NCBI GenBank assembly: GCA_031763465.1 | Contig: JARFOE010000242.1 | Location: 1-46,917 of the forward strand | Reading direction: 5' to 3' | DNA length: 46,917 bases | Source: Squatina squatina | Lineage: Eukaryota | Shown: piece after piece, positions 21,880 to 34,829 of the stretch | How positions within the stretch are numbered: position 1 is the stretch's first letter | Layout: each line of letters opens with the position of its first letter | Translations under genes and position numbers: made by a program | Notes under the pieces: generated by a model | The model's input: the letters and a program-made list of their open reading frames with translations, nothing else | Database searches by the model: none | Told to the model about the DNA's origin: nothing

Positions 21880-23135
21880 AGGGAGAACTCGGCATCGAGC
21901 TAGACATTGGATTCGGACACAGAAAATTCACAACCTGACCAATCGGCCCTGCAAAGAACTCCTCACAAGTGGACCTGTCCCAGACACCAGTCAAACAACA
22001 GCCTGACATATTCATACTCATTGAATCATATCATTCATCCAAAGTCCCAGCATCCACCATCATATTCCAGGGATATTTCCAGTCCTGTCCCACCAGTAGG
22101 ATCGGCCAATCAGAGGTGATGGCACAGTCGGGAGGGAATGACACTGGAAGTTCTCAAACTTGACGACAGACCTTACGAATGTTCCTGGATCAGGTCTAAA
22201 AAGGACAAGGAATGCTCGTGCTGAGAAGGACGGGCCACCCTCCCTCAGCTGATGAATCTGCATTCCTCCATGGTAAACACATCTTAGAAGTAGCAGTGAG
22301 TGCAGCAAGGTTACAGAATATGCTCTGGTTAGGGGTCTTCTACATCTATCACCAAGTTTGGCTCGGGCGGGTGTAGCAGGACTGAAAAAGCTGGTACAGT
22401 TCTCACAGATATTACTGTCAGCCTGGGCTTGTCGCAGGTGGTGAGACAACCAGCACGAGAGAAAGATCTGCTTCACCCATGCCAATCCTCCACTTACAGA
22501 TCATTGCAAGACTGAGTCTGCAGCAGATGGCGAGAGACCCAACAAATGTGGTAATCCTACTTGAAGTTGTCCTCGCTAAACTACGTGTTGCAGATGTGTC
22601 TGTCCAAGACAGCTTTAGTAGTGGTGACCACTGCACAGTTTATGTGAAGACCAGATCGTGTCTTCACACTGAGGACACCCTCATGCATGTTGTGTGGCAT
22701 TGCTTTTGTGCTAAATAGGATAGATTCAGTACAGATCTAGCCATGATAATTGTGCATCCATGAGCCGCTGTGCACCAGCATAATCTGTAACCTCGTGGTT
22801 TGGCCCAGCATCTCCCACACTCTACCATTACTATAAAGCCAGTTGACCTAACTTAGTTCAATGAAGATTAGAGAAGAACAGCCCCTGAGCAACACCAGGT
22901 GTACATCAAATGAACTACCCGTCCGGTGATGCTACAACACAGGAACACATGGATGCCAAACAACGGACGCATCATGTTACAGACAGAGCTAAGCAATCCC
23001 ACAAACAACGGATCAGATCCACCCTCTGTAGTCTGCCACATGCAGCCGTCAATGGTGGCTCAAGGGCAATTGGGGTGGGACATAAATACTGGACTTTCCA
23101 GCGACACCCACATGCAATAGCAAAATGAAAAATAA
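21880..23135 (+). mobile_element. Internally deleted LINE (APE endonuclease region plus 3' tail), distinct from the main CR1 family
   Basis: KQQPDIFILIESY, PPSADES and SSGDHCTV remnants; tail caagggcaattgggg..ccagcgacacccacat..aaataaa, also present at 28200-28278. Confidence 0.75.
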
Positions 23136-25368
23136 ATCAGCCCAATCGAATCTTTTCGAGACTAAAATGTCAAATTTCCTCCAATCTTTCGTCATAAACC
23201 AGAGGTGTGAAATTGGGGGTCAGCCTCGTCGCCGTTCCCTGCACTGAGTCCAGCTCTTAATGTCTTCCTTGTTAACTGCCGGCCAAAGATAGAAATAATT
23301 TGAAACTTTGGATCGAGTCTAACCCCAAAATTCCACAATGAATTCCTCTGACTTGTCCTCTGTTGCTTTTGAATAATACATGAATATTTTATTGATGATT
23401 TTCATTGCTGTTTTGACCCAGGTGGCGTTGTTCAGCCTCTACTCTTAGATTCTCAGGGCCCTTTCTACTCTAGGCTTAGTATATACGCACAATTCATATA
23501 ATGCATGGAAACACCATTCACCTTACTATGTGCTGCTTTTTATAACGGCTCACATTAAATTACTTGATCTCAATTGCATACGCTTGAATATTTTGCTGAA
23601 TACAGTGTCTTGTTTCTGAGTTCTGGTCCCGGCCTTCTGCACCCTTCCTAATTTGACAATGTCGTTAAATTTGACCAATCATCATTAAATGTTCTAGGTT
23701 TTATTATTGAGATAAATCAGCAGCAATACCTTTCCTAACTTCGATCCACAGGAACCGCACTCAGTGCATTCCCACCCTGACATAACGCCTGTAAAATTTA
23801 CCTGTTGAATTCTATCATTCAGCCTCTTTGTTGGCAGTTTGATGAAAGATATTAGTTTAATCTTTGATGTGGCAATTTGAAACTTATATTCCCTTAACAG
23901 CACTTACCTGGGAACAAAGCAGCTGACGGAATCTGTTTGTTCAACAGATTTAATTAATATATTTTGCCAGGGGACAGAACGGTAGGCTGGAAATTTCCTT
24001 GCTGCATAAATAAGGGTTGCTTTGAATTTATCTCTTCACATTTTGCACCGGGCCTGGTGTGGCCAACAAAAGTGTATTCATCGCTTCTCACAGGAAATGG
24101 GAGTCCCGATACTTCATCAGATAAGCACAATTTACTACCCTATTCTCGCAGCTTGTGGTGTCCCTGGTAAGTGTTCAATCGTGCAAAATATTTTAATGGC
24201 ATGGCTTCTCGTGCGTTGTGTCAAACAAAGTAACAGCTTTTCTTATTCCCTGTGTTGCACAGTTATGTAAGCTGTGGTGTCAGTTTAACCTTAATGTTCC
24301 GTGATGTATTCTTTCACAGTCTGGACTTCAGTGGTGTTATTATGCCTCTTCTGAAAGGAATGCGATATAACCTTGACTCCGGATGAAAGGAATCTAACAT
24401 TGAGAAGTATTTCGCCTGCTGTAAATGTTGCAATTGTTCAATAATTACGCAGAGAAAATTACTGCCACAATTGTCAAGATCTCCAAAATTCAACTTACGA
24501 TAATTAACAATCAAATTAAATGATTTTCTTGGAGTTACAATATTACAAGCAACGGACTCCCGACAAATTACTTACTTTCTATTTCAGTGCTAACTCTTTT
24601 GAATATTGACAAATGAGCACATCAGGAATGTTTCTTAAACGCACAATGGCTTCTGTTAAGGGCAAGTCGATGTCTGAAGTATTTATTTTTGGAAATAATA
24701 TTCAAACAGGTCTGCACCTGGAGCACTTTTGTGGGTCTCGTGGTTCAGCTCAGTCCAATTTTGTCCCACAATAGCTGCTGTGGTGTTCTGCTGTGGTGGT
24801 ATCACTCTTCTAACTTTACATGAGTTGCCTCGCAAAGTAAAGCTGTTTTTTGTCATGTGTTGTCGAGTTCCCCTGCACCATGAAGAAACTTAAATTGCCA
24901 TGTTAATTACAGGTGATAACTGCGAACTGTGGTTCAGTTCATGCTCCTATATTTCTCCAGGTAGAATGTGTTACACGGTATTATTAAACGGAAACGGATC
25001 ATCTCACATTAAACCTCAAATTTTATTGGAACAACTCCCCCCACAGTTGTAGTTTCACGTTGCATGTTTTGCTCCAATATGTACATTTTTAGCTTGCTTT
25101 GGGTGCCTGCGCTCCAGCAGCTAATTCAGAAAGCTGTGTTTTCAGGTTTTTGTCTGCTTTATTATCCGAATGCTAACTGACATATAATTAAGGTATTTCT
25201 TAATTGTCAGAGGCTTGTAGACGTACCAGTCATTCCGTGATTATAAGAAAGGATGGTTATTGCAATATTGGCCCAAGGGGAACTGAAACGCATATCTGCT
25301 GACCCTGATAGTGATATCACCCAACAAATTAATAGGAGCTCGGTAGCAAGTTGTATTCGGATAGAGCA

Positions 25369-25830
25369 GTGGATAATGCCGGGCGTTAATGTGAACATAT
25401 TTCGGTATCTAATTCGGTAGGTAATTGAGTGAAAAATTCCTTGGAAATTTCCTCTTTTGATATAAAATTGTGTGGATAATTATTTGGGTTTTTCTATGGT
25501 TAATTTCATAGATAATTGATGAAGAATTACTTCCATATTTCCGAATGTAAATTTACATATAATCATGTGGATACTTTTTTGGAAATTTCATTGTTTGATT
25601 CGATAAATAATTGCTGCTAAATATTGTACTGTTTCACTGCTCAAATTTGGCAGAAAATTGAGTGGATAATTCTTTGCACATTTGAGTGTCCCAGTGGATG
25701 GTAAAATGTTCTCGATAATTCATTGTCACTTCAGAGTTTAATTCTGGTATAATTCAGTGGATAATATTTTGGATAATTTTGTGTTTCAAACAACGGTGAA
25801 TTCACTGGCCAATTGTATGGACATTCCTGG
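25369..25830. repeat. Decayed AT-rich tandem repeat with 95-bp period
   Basis: GTGGATA(A/C)T starts at 25472, 25567, 25662 and 25757, with weaker half-period copies. Confidence 0.7.
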
Positions 25831-25859
25831 CTTTAGTTTTAGAAATAATTGACAAGCTA

Positions 25860-26125
25860 ATTAGAGCCAGCCCTTTTAGGTGGGAAATTAGGAAAGGCAT
25901 CTACAAATAACGAGTGGTTAAGATTTGTGGAATCTCTTACAGAATTGACAGCTAATTCTAGATTGCTTGTTAATTTTAAATCGGAGATTGACAGATTTGT
26001 GTTTACCAAAGCATTAACGGAGATGGAACAAATGCGGGTTGGAGGAGTTGCGTCGCAGATCAGCTAAAATCTCTTTGAATGGTGGAATGAGCACACGGGG
26101 CTCAATAGCCTCCTCAAGTATCTAT
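25860..26125 (+). mobile_element. CR1 3' fragment
   Basis: gatcagc..gaatggtggaa..ggggctcaatagcctcctc tail motif. Confidence 0.7.
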
Positions 26126-26684
26126 CTCCCCATTTTCCTAGGCTCATGACAACTTGCATTCAGACATGTGTGTTGTGGAATTTAATGAACAAACAATATA
26201 AATTGTTTTGATTGTTATCGTAAATAACCGATGAAGGTATTGAATAATTTTGTAATTACCTGAACGTTGACTGAGGTTTCACAAATATATTTACCAAAAT
26301 CATATGGAAGTCATGGTGCTACAGAAAAAATCAACATGTAATGCCATGAGTTGCAGGATTTTTAACTCATTGTTCAAGCTGTTTTTTTTTGTGGTTCATA
26401 GATCACCTTTCCTCCATATCGCAGTATCCCTCTTTCTGGCCTATTTCAATTTGTCAGAGGTGTCCCTGATTCTAGTCGTGATTTGTCCTTCACTCTCACT
26501 GCCTCGACAAATCCGCTGGTTGAGGCCAACTCCAGCGGGCACTGGTAAGTTTCACTTGCTCCTTCTTATCCCTGATTGGGCCCACCTCCATCAATTTCAC
26601 AATGATGCAACACGGTCTACGACTCATTAGTTACTGCTAACTATTCCACCCACACAGATTCAACAGGTGATTAAATTGTGGCTA

Positions 26685-26808
26685 AAGAGAGAAAGCACGT
26701 ACAGGTTGCTGAGTTGGATGATCAGCCATGATCATATTGAATGGCGCTGCAGGCTCGAAGGGCCTAATGGCCTACTCCTGCACCTATTTTCTATGTTTAT
26801 ATGTTTCT
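26685..26808 (+). mobile_element. Well-preserved CR1 (HER1-type) 3' tail, severely 5'-truncated
   Basis: gatcagccatgatcatattgaatggcgctgcaggctcgaagggcctaatggcctactcctgc..ttctatgtt repeats. Confidence 0.9.
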
Positions 26809-26899
26809 AAGTGGGATCTCCTCCTTTTTTTGAACCGCAACGGATTCCTGAACAGTGTAAGAAAATACTGGATTTAAGCCATTGGTTTCACATGTTAGA

Positions 26900-29110
26900 A
26901 TTCCACCTTCACCAAACTTTATTAGCACTGTGCCTTCAATCACCATGATACTCATTGCACCTTCCTCATGCTTGTCCCCACTGCTCCTTCACACTATCCA
27001 GTTTCCATTGAATCTTCGCCCTACACAGTACGAGCTGCGCCTTCCACCTGCACAATTCTCATTGTAACTTCAACCTGCAATTCTGCCATTGCACCTCCAA
27101 CCTATGCAGCCCTGAGTGCACCTTCGCTCCACCCATAAGCCATCAAACCTTTAATCTATGCAGGCTGCACTTAATCTTCACCCAACACAGACATGTCTTC
27201 ACTATGTCCAATCCTCATTGTACACTCTCCCTCCCTGAGTCGTCCTGATTGCAGTTTTAGCTCAGCCCAAAATCCATTACACATTTATGCAGCCCAGTCA
27301 TTATTATAACCTGATCCAGCCCTATCTACATTCCGCACTCACTCTCGCCAGTCACTCGTTTGCATTGCTTGTTCACCCTTCCAAGTCCAATATCCACCAT
27401 CACACCGCTCAGTCTCCATTGCAACTCCAATCTGTCCACACCTCGTTCATTTCTCACTGTAACTTCACCCCATCAATTTCCCATAGTAACTCAATTCTGT
27501 TCAGTCCTCATTGCAATTCCACACTGTCCACTCCCGACTTTAAATTAGCCCGCACATTTCCCAGTGAAATCCTAACTGTCCATTTGGCAATTTAACTAAC
27601 CACCACCAGCACACCATGATGACAGTGCGTATCATTTACAAGATGCATTTCAGCAATTGGAGAAGGCGTCTTCAGCAGCACCTCCTAATACACGACCTCG
27701 ACCAACTGGATGATCAGGGGCAGCAGGTGCATGGAAACAGCACTACCTTCTGTTTTCCCTCAAATCCTCATACTGGACTAACTTGGAAATATCTCATCAT
27801 CGCTGCTGGTCCAAATTTCTGAAACTTCGTCCCAAACAGCAGAGTGGGAGTCTTTTCACGAAAACAACAACAGCAAAGACCTGTTTTATTTGGCACCAAT
27901 AACGTAGTGAAAGCTTCCAAGTTACTTCACAAGAACATTATGAGATAAAACATGAACACTGAGCTGCAAAGGGAGACATTATGGGATGTGACCAAAGGCT
28001 TGGTCAAAGAGGTTGGTTTTAAGGAGCGTGTTAAAATTGTAGAGAAGTGGGGATGTTTCGGCAGGGAATCCCAAAGCTTGGAGCCGAGCACAGAAGATAA
28101 GGTAACCAATCACTGATCGATTTTAAACAGGAATACCCACGAGGGAAGAATTAGAATGCATGGAATACAGTGGCTCTACAAGGTCGCTGACCACTCCCTT
28201 CCAAAGGCCAATTAGGGATGCACAATTAATGATGTATTTGCCAGCGACGTCCACACCCGTGCATTACGTGGAAAAATAACATTGCAATTCACCCTGCCCA
28301 ATCCAAATTGCATATGTACCCCTTCCAGTCTGCAGTGAACCTCCTTCCGTCAAAGTCCGAATTGCACCTTCACCCGACCAAACACAATTTTATCTCCATC
28401 CGCCCAGTCACAATTGCATCCGAGACTACCGACTCCGCATTTCACCATCATTCCTCCGAAACTCAATTTTGCTTCCTCCACATCAGTCCTCGCAAGAACT
28501 TCACGTTGCCCAGTCACCATTTCATCACCATCTGGCCTAATACTCACTGTCAATTTCATCTGCCGAGTCCCCATTTCACCATCACCCGGGCTCTCCCATT
28601 GTGCATTCAATCTGCCGGGTCTCCATTGCAACATCACTGAACAAACCTGCATTTTATGTTAGCCCATCTGTGTCTTTATTTAGACCTCTCCCCATTGCAA
28701 ATGTTGCCTGCCCTGTCAGCATGTCTCGGCTCCACTGCACCTCTGTCCCACCAAGTCGGCATTGCAACGTCAACCCGTGCAGTCTTCGTTGCATTTTAAT
28801 CCCGCACAGACGATATTATAAGTTCACCCCACACGATCTCCATTGAAGTGTCACCTTGCCAAGTTCGCATTGCACATCTGGCCCACCAAGTGGGCATTGC
28901 AACTTCACGCTGTCCATTCCCCAAAGCAACTTCACTTTGACCAGTCTGCATCGCATAATACACTACCCAGTCTCCATTGCACCAATACTCTGCTCAGTCC
29001 CCTTTCGATATTCACCCCGTACATTCACCATTGCCCCTTCAGAACACCCAGTCCACAATTCCCTTCAACCTGTCCAGCCCCCATAGTAAATTAACCCCAG
29101 CCAGTCACAA
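26900..29110. repeat. Degenerate 27-bp minisatellite (core cattgcaccttcacc), interrupted by LINEs at about 27600-28278
   Basis: Consecutive 27-mers, e.g. cattgtaacttcaacctgcaattctgc / cattgcacctccaacctatgcagccct / gagtgcaccttcgctccacccataagc. Confidence 0.8.
27600..28278 (+). mobile_element. LINE 3' fragment (same tail family as 21880-23135) with a nested minus-strand L2 at about 27862-28158
   Basis: IYKMHFS..LQQHL remnant breaks at 27860 and resumes near 28159. The insert starts with (aac)n, the reverse L2 tail. Confidence 0.75.
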
Positions 29111-30519
29111 TAAACCTGCAGACTCTCTGCTTCTCTTTTTCTTAGCTTTACCCTGTTACCTGATACGAAGGCTGCGAGCCTCATAACTGTGCCTTGAGAT
29201 CACTTTTCTTCCTTTATTTTCCTTGCATGTAAGACATAAATATTTTGTTTATCGAACTTACCTACTCATTATCCAATGAATAATTGCCTCCGTATTTCTG
29301 TTTAGATTTAAAAACGCGTTTGTATTGCAAAAACTGCCCGAATAAATGGATTAATTTGCATTACACGATACAACAGCAAATGTACTTTGTTAACTGTAGG
29401 GTTACTGTGAATCTCAGCAGAAAATCTCGCTCACCTCGCTCTCCCTCTCTCTGTCTCTACAGCTAATGTGGTGGCGATTGCGCTCTCTCCAAATTCATCA
29501 CTCACTACATGGTGGCCATGCCGGTGGCCGATCTCCTAGTTGTTATTTGTGATGGCATACTGATGGGAATTTTTGGAACGTATTTCCTTGTTTCATTCTT
29601 GTCCAATCACTCTATGTGCCGTCTAAATTACATGCTAATCTTTGCAGTCACATCAGCATCGTTCTGGTTTACAGTGGTTTTCATCTTCAATCGCTTTGTG
29701 GTCATTTGTTGCCAGAAGCTGAAAACAAAATATTGCACTGAGAAAAACGGCGGCTGTGGTTATTGGTGTGGTTAGTGTGTTGAGCTTTTCAGTTAACATT
29801 CCCTGGTACTTTGCACATAAGCCTCAATATATAATGGACAATGTGCCCCGGGTGTGTACCCTGAAACTGACATTTGTGACTCCATCCGCATGGACAGCAT
29901 TTGATTTGTTTACCCTGAACTCCAGCTGATTTTGCTGCTGAATGTTCTCACCATTCAACATATTTTAATGTCCAGTAGAGTTCGCAGGGGACTGCGGGGC
30001 CACAGAATGGAAAGACTCACAAGGAGCCAGAGATGGAGAAGCGAAGGAAATCCGTCATTTTACTCTTCAGTATATCTGGCTTTTTTAAACTATTATGCAT
30101 ACTTTATCATTCTACGTATAACAGTCACTCAGTACAATAACACCAACGACTTCGAGTTGGTCTGATTCATGCTTGAGGATCTCAATTGCTGTACAAACAC
30201 GTTAATTTACGTGCTGACCCAGACTAATTTCAGAGAGGAGCTGAAGAACACAGTGAAGTTCCTTCTGAGCCCAATTGTTAAATTACTTCAATGATGAAGA
30301 CATGGGTAAATGTTTCTTGCAAATTCAATCAGCAAATGCAGTAGAAAATACAATGTGTTGCTGGAAGGAGCTGATACTGGAGCAATATTTCATTCAAGGT
30401 GAAAATATCTGGCAGATATAATAGTTGTCAGTGAAAGCACTCTTATATTATATTGCCACAAATAGAATTCCTTTGCTACATTTTTTTAATCTACTTCTCC
30501 TTGACTTTCACCAGACTAC

Positions 30520-32955
30520 ACTGCCCCTGATATTTCTGAGATTGTCCATTATATTGAGGGTTTCTCGCACTTAATCGGCGCCAGCTTTTGCTGAGTGGTT
30601 ATTTCACTGCACCAACTACATCAAGTTTTCGATTCTGTCTCAGCGCAAGCGCTGCCTGGTGTTTTTATTCTCATTTTCAATTACTTTCATTTACACTGCA
30701 ATAATTTGCAACTGGGCTTTCACATCGGTTGTGTGAGATTTTTAGAAGGTAAATTTAATTGATCAATTCATCCACCCATATCCCAGCCCCGCTTCTGGAA
30801 ACAACTTCATGTCACCACTTTTAATTAAAGCAAACCAATTGTATTAGATTCCATTTCCAAACCACTTCACAATTTGCACCAAAATCAGTTCATATTTAAA
30901 ATTATGGAATGTCAGAAGTGGTATTTGTACACAAGCCCCCACAGGAGACTGCAACATGAACCCGACCATCCTGAATATTAAATGTCTGAATTGCAAGTTC
31001 ATCACTTCCGCTTCTGGAGTTTTCCAGTCCGGGCACTTGTTTAATGTTGCTCGAAGATCGAGTGACCAGGACCTCATCACGCCAGGTTTTACCTGTGCTT
31101 TTGCTCGTTGTATTAGGAGTTTGGGCCCGGCTTCCTGGTAACTTGCATTCCAGGGATGGACAATATAGCTCTGTGGAACTGGAGAAGGCAGAATAATTCC
31201 TGGCCTTATTTCCAGGTCTGAATTTTGGCTGAGATCTGCTGCTATTAACAGAGTCAGGAATTTTGTTCACGGTTAATCACAGAAATATCTGTGGTCAGGA
31301 GCTGAAAAGGATAGAGAGCTGGAAAACAACGGAAACAAATATGAAATGTGAAAATGTGTGGCATCCAACATAATGTGTTGCCTGGTCATTTAAAAGTCAG
31401 TCGCACTCCGATGTAACCCAGCGTCGGAAAGTAACTGTTTAATTAAAAACCTTTTAACATAGTTGTATGCAAGTAACTAAACACTGCGGGGTGTGAAGAA
31501 TAATCACCATTGATTAACCGATGGTGTTGTTTATCAGAATGAGAGAAATGCTAACACAGTTAGTGAGGGACTGACTCACCTTCAATAAATGAAATTTAGT
31601 AATTTCCAAAATCTGAATCATTGCTGAAGTTTTATCGCCTCTCTGATTTTACACATTCTGGATTGAAGGACACTGCTTTAAAATATTCATTGCTCAGGGT
31701 ACAAGGAAGCTGGGGCTACTTTTGTGAACTTTATTTCAAATAAAAAATATTCTGGAAAATAATGTTACTGCTCATTCTCAAACTTCGCTCTGTTTGAATA
31801 TGAGATATACGTGACATCCACTGTGGGCCAAATGATTCACAGACACAGTTATGTGTTCAAAATTAAACTGCGGATCAAACAGGGGCCAGAGAGACAAACA
31901 CAATTTGGTCAAACCAGGAAATAGACCAGAATTATTGACATGAAGAAAAAGAGCATTGCGATCTGAAAAATGCCGGAACCTCTCTGGTTAACATTTTGGC
32001 TTATTCATGAAAGATTATCTTACCAAGGATGCCAGATTGGAGTACTTGGTTCGTGATTTGTGGAAGAAGTTAAACTTCTGGGTTGGATTTGCCTGTTTTC
32101 TGGCTTCAAGCAGGGAGAGCGACAAGAGCTTTAAACAAGGCCCGCCCAGCTCAGTCGGTGTGGGTTTGAGACTATTAAGTTCAGGATCATGGGTTCGATC
32201 TCAAAATAGATCAAATGATTTCCGTTGAACTTTTATGTGGCTTTCACAGGAAAGCATCATTTGTTAGACGATAATCTCCGGCTGCACAATGAAAGCTTGC
32301 TCAGTTAGAATCAATATTTCAATAATTTGTTTTGTGCTTTGCCTGTTAACTGGGAAACTACTTCCCATTTTACACACTGTATTTTTGGTGCCTGATTGGC
32401 AATGTTCACTGCTGATGACACCATGAATTTGGTTTACAACCTTTAAAACTTTACAGGTACGGTTATTGCAAATAATATAGAATCAGTCGTGCAGACAATA
32501 ACTCATGGTGCTCATTATTCAGATTCAACACGTGAAATGAAGTGAGAGTCTTTTAATTGATATCATTTGGAAGTAAGTGCTGCTGATATTTGTACCTTTA
32601 ATTAACCGTTGTTGTGTCTGACTGCCGTTCATGTCTCCTCTTTCTATATTGAATAAGAAAGGAGCAGTTTGACGTTGAGAAAACTGTGCTGCCCCTGCTA
32701 TTTGTGAGATGATCTTTTACATTGAGTGTGTATCAGAATTTCATCTGCGCCAGCTTTTGCTCACCAGTTACTCCACAGCACCAATGTCATCAGAATTTCG
32801 ATCTGTCTCAATGTGGGCGCTGGTTGGCATTTGTATTGTCATTTTTAATCCAACTATTTTCTACAAAAATAAATTGCAACCATATTTTCAAAGGAGCAGT
32901 GAACGATTTTGAGAGGACAGCTTTAAATGATTAATAAATCCAATCCGATCACGAC
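30520..32955 (+). repeat. Pair of diverged direct repeats of about 270 bp (30520-30790 and 32688-32955)
   Basis: Shared blocks ctgcccctg.tattt.tgagat, gcgccagcttttgct, gcaccaa, ctgtctca, ttgcaac in the same order. Confidence 0.8.
32140..32213 (+). pseudogene. tRNA-Lys(CTT)-derived pseudogene
   Basis: GCCCGCCCAGCTCAGTCGGT..TGAGACTATTAAGTTCAGGATCATGGGTTCGA aligns to vertebrate tRNA-Lys-CTT. Anticodon reads ATT; acceptor and T stems do not pair. Confidence 0.8.
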
Positions 32956-32994
32956 AGCGCCGAGATTTCGATTCCAAGCAAGGGAAGTAATTAG

Positions 32995-33400
32995 GATACA
33001 AACAAAAATGCTTGACAATCTCAACAGTTCAGGCAGCATCTGTGGAGAGAATAACAGAGTCAACGATTCGGGTCGATGACCCTTCGTCAGAACTGAAAGA
33101 GGCCAGAAATACAGCAAGTTTTAAAGCATTGACAGGCAAAGGTGTGGGAGGTGGGAGGCGAGAGGGAAGGACAAAGAGTAACATAATAGTGTGATTGTCT
33201 GCAAGGCGGAAGAGATTCAAGGCAATCAGAGGTGATAATGGCAACATAACAAAGCACATTAACTAGGTGGGTACAAATAAAGAGAGAAAAAACAGAGACA
33301 ACAGAAGAGAGAGAGAAAAAAAGAAGCAGCCATGCGGGAATGGAAAATAAGATCAAATTAAAAGGTGAAAAAAGAAGAAAATGAAGGAAATGATAGAGCA
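32995..33400. mobile_element. Penelope-like element fragment with purine-rich tract
   Basis: tcaggcagcatctgtggagaga..gtcgatgacccttcgtcagaact motif, homologous to 4508-4596. Confidence 0.55.
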
Positions 33401-33429
33401 GTAAATTTTGCAGTAAATGGTGTCAACGT

Positions 33430-34810
33430 AAGAAAGGTTAGTGGTCGGACAATCTCAGGTGGAATTTCCTGCGGCTAACTGCAGTGATGAACTTTGTGAG
33501 ACAAATCTTGCAGTAAAATCTAAATGGCACTATTTTAACGTGGGTGGTGGTGGGGGTGGGGAAGTAAATGGGGCTGGCTGTACATTCGCACAAATCTTTG
33601 AATTTGGAAGTGCAAGTTCATCAGGCAATTAAGAGCGTATATGTGATAATTGAATTTGAAAATTGGACTTGAATACAAGAACAAGAACAAGATCACCTGA
33701 TGTTATAGATTAAGAAGGCAGTTGTTAGGCCTCATCTGTGTACAATTCTATAATACACACTTTATCAAGGATATCAAGATATTTTTGAGGTGGCCGAGAA
33801 GGTTTACAGAATGACCCGATGCATGAGGGACTTCAATTGGAGAAGATGCAATTCCTTTCCTTCCAGTAGAACATGCTGAGGGAAGAATTAATCAATCTAT
33901 TCCCAATGATATGGGGTTATGATGGAGTGTCTTGCAAAGAACTGTTTCCTCTTGCAAATGGGTATGTTCACAAGGTCACAGATTTAAAATCATTGACAAT
34001 AGGCCGAGAGGGAAAATTATGTGAAAATATTTGACAGAGAGGATTGTTAAGATCTCGAAAGCATGAACTGAAAAGGGGAGGTGGGGTGTGTTTGGAATCA
34101 GATTTCGTAGCAAATTTCATAAAGCATTTAAACATGTACTTGAAGAGAAATAATCTGCATAGTTACAGTTAAAATGACTCAAGTGGACAGCTATTTCAAA
34201 TAGCCGCTACATGGATAATGGACTGAATGGACTCCTCTGCTCTGTGATTCTTTGATTCTAACTAAATAAGCCCTCTCAGGTATATGTAATAATCCATGGC
34301 AACTGTCAAGTTGTGCCTTGAGCATAACGAGAAAAAAAAGCAGATTCAAATGATACAGACAAGTGTCTATATTGTGACTCAGTGAATCCATCATTAAAGA
34401 CAAAGGGAAGCGGCTGGGTTTAGTTTGTGTGCAAACACTGAGCATCATTACAAGTCTCCACATGCAGCCATAGCAAGAAGGAGAAAGGCAATGCAGGCAG
34501 CGGGGCTCAATTATTGAATGGAAGGAAGTAGGAACAGTGGGAATTGAAATTTAAAAACACGGAGTTTAAGAGAAAAACCGTGAGCTCAAAAGGCAGCTGC
34601 AACACAGTGTTATGTTGAGTGACAATAGTCTCTGCCCACTGTAGAGATCAGTACCTCAGTGACATGCTTAGCTCCAGCAGACTGAATGAGGAAATTAAGT
34701 TAATAACGCTTCCTATATCTGAACGCTGCCTGAACCATTTACCAGAAATGTTTATTTGTACAGACCGTCTGCACACGCTCACAATCATCACTGTGTGCCT
34801 AAACTGAAAG
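33430..34810 (+). repeat. Duplicated module copy 2 (CR1 33430-34262 plus conserved element 34375-34810)
   Basis: Shares ctaactgcagtgatgaac and tatgtgataattgaatttgaaa with copy 4, and aacactgagcatc and ctccagcagactgaatgaggaa with copy 1. Confidence 0.9.
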
Positions 34811-34829
34811 TGAATTTGCTATTCATATT

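Larger units (their letters stand above)
24097..30294 (+). pseudogene. GPR139/GPR142-like class A GPCR unprocessed pseudogene (exon 1 24097-24166, exon 2 29463-30294)
   Basis: Exon 1 MGVPILHQISTIYYPILAACGVP with G|GTAAGT joins in phase 1 to ctctacag|CT (ANVVAIA). Exon 2 includes VAMPVADLLVVI, FTVVFIFNRFVVICCQKLKTKYCTEK, NIPWYF, LLLNVLTIQHIL, EMEKRRKSVILLFSIS, CCTNTLIYVLTQTNFREELK and TGA at 30292-30294. Several deletions and frameshifts. CATAAATA at 24005-24012. Confidence 0.92.

Noticed and set aside
26458-26544. 87-nt phase-1/1 exon-like segment in the GPCR intron
   Set aside because: GPCR exons 1 and 2 already join within TM1; an insert there is implausible and has no homology support.
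25369-29110. Regularly spaced motifs resembling a CRISPR array
   Set aside because: The repeats are short and degenerate, spacers are related to each other, there are no cas genes, and the context is eukaryotic.
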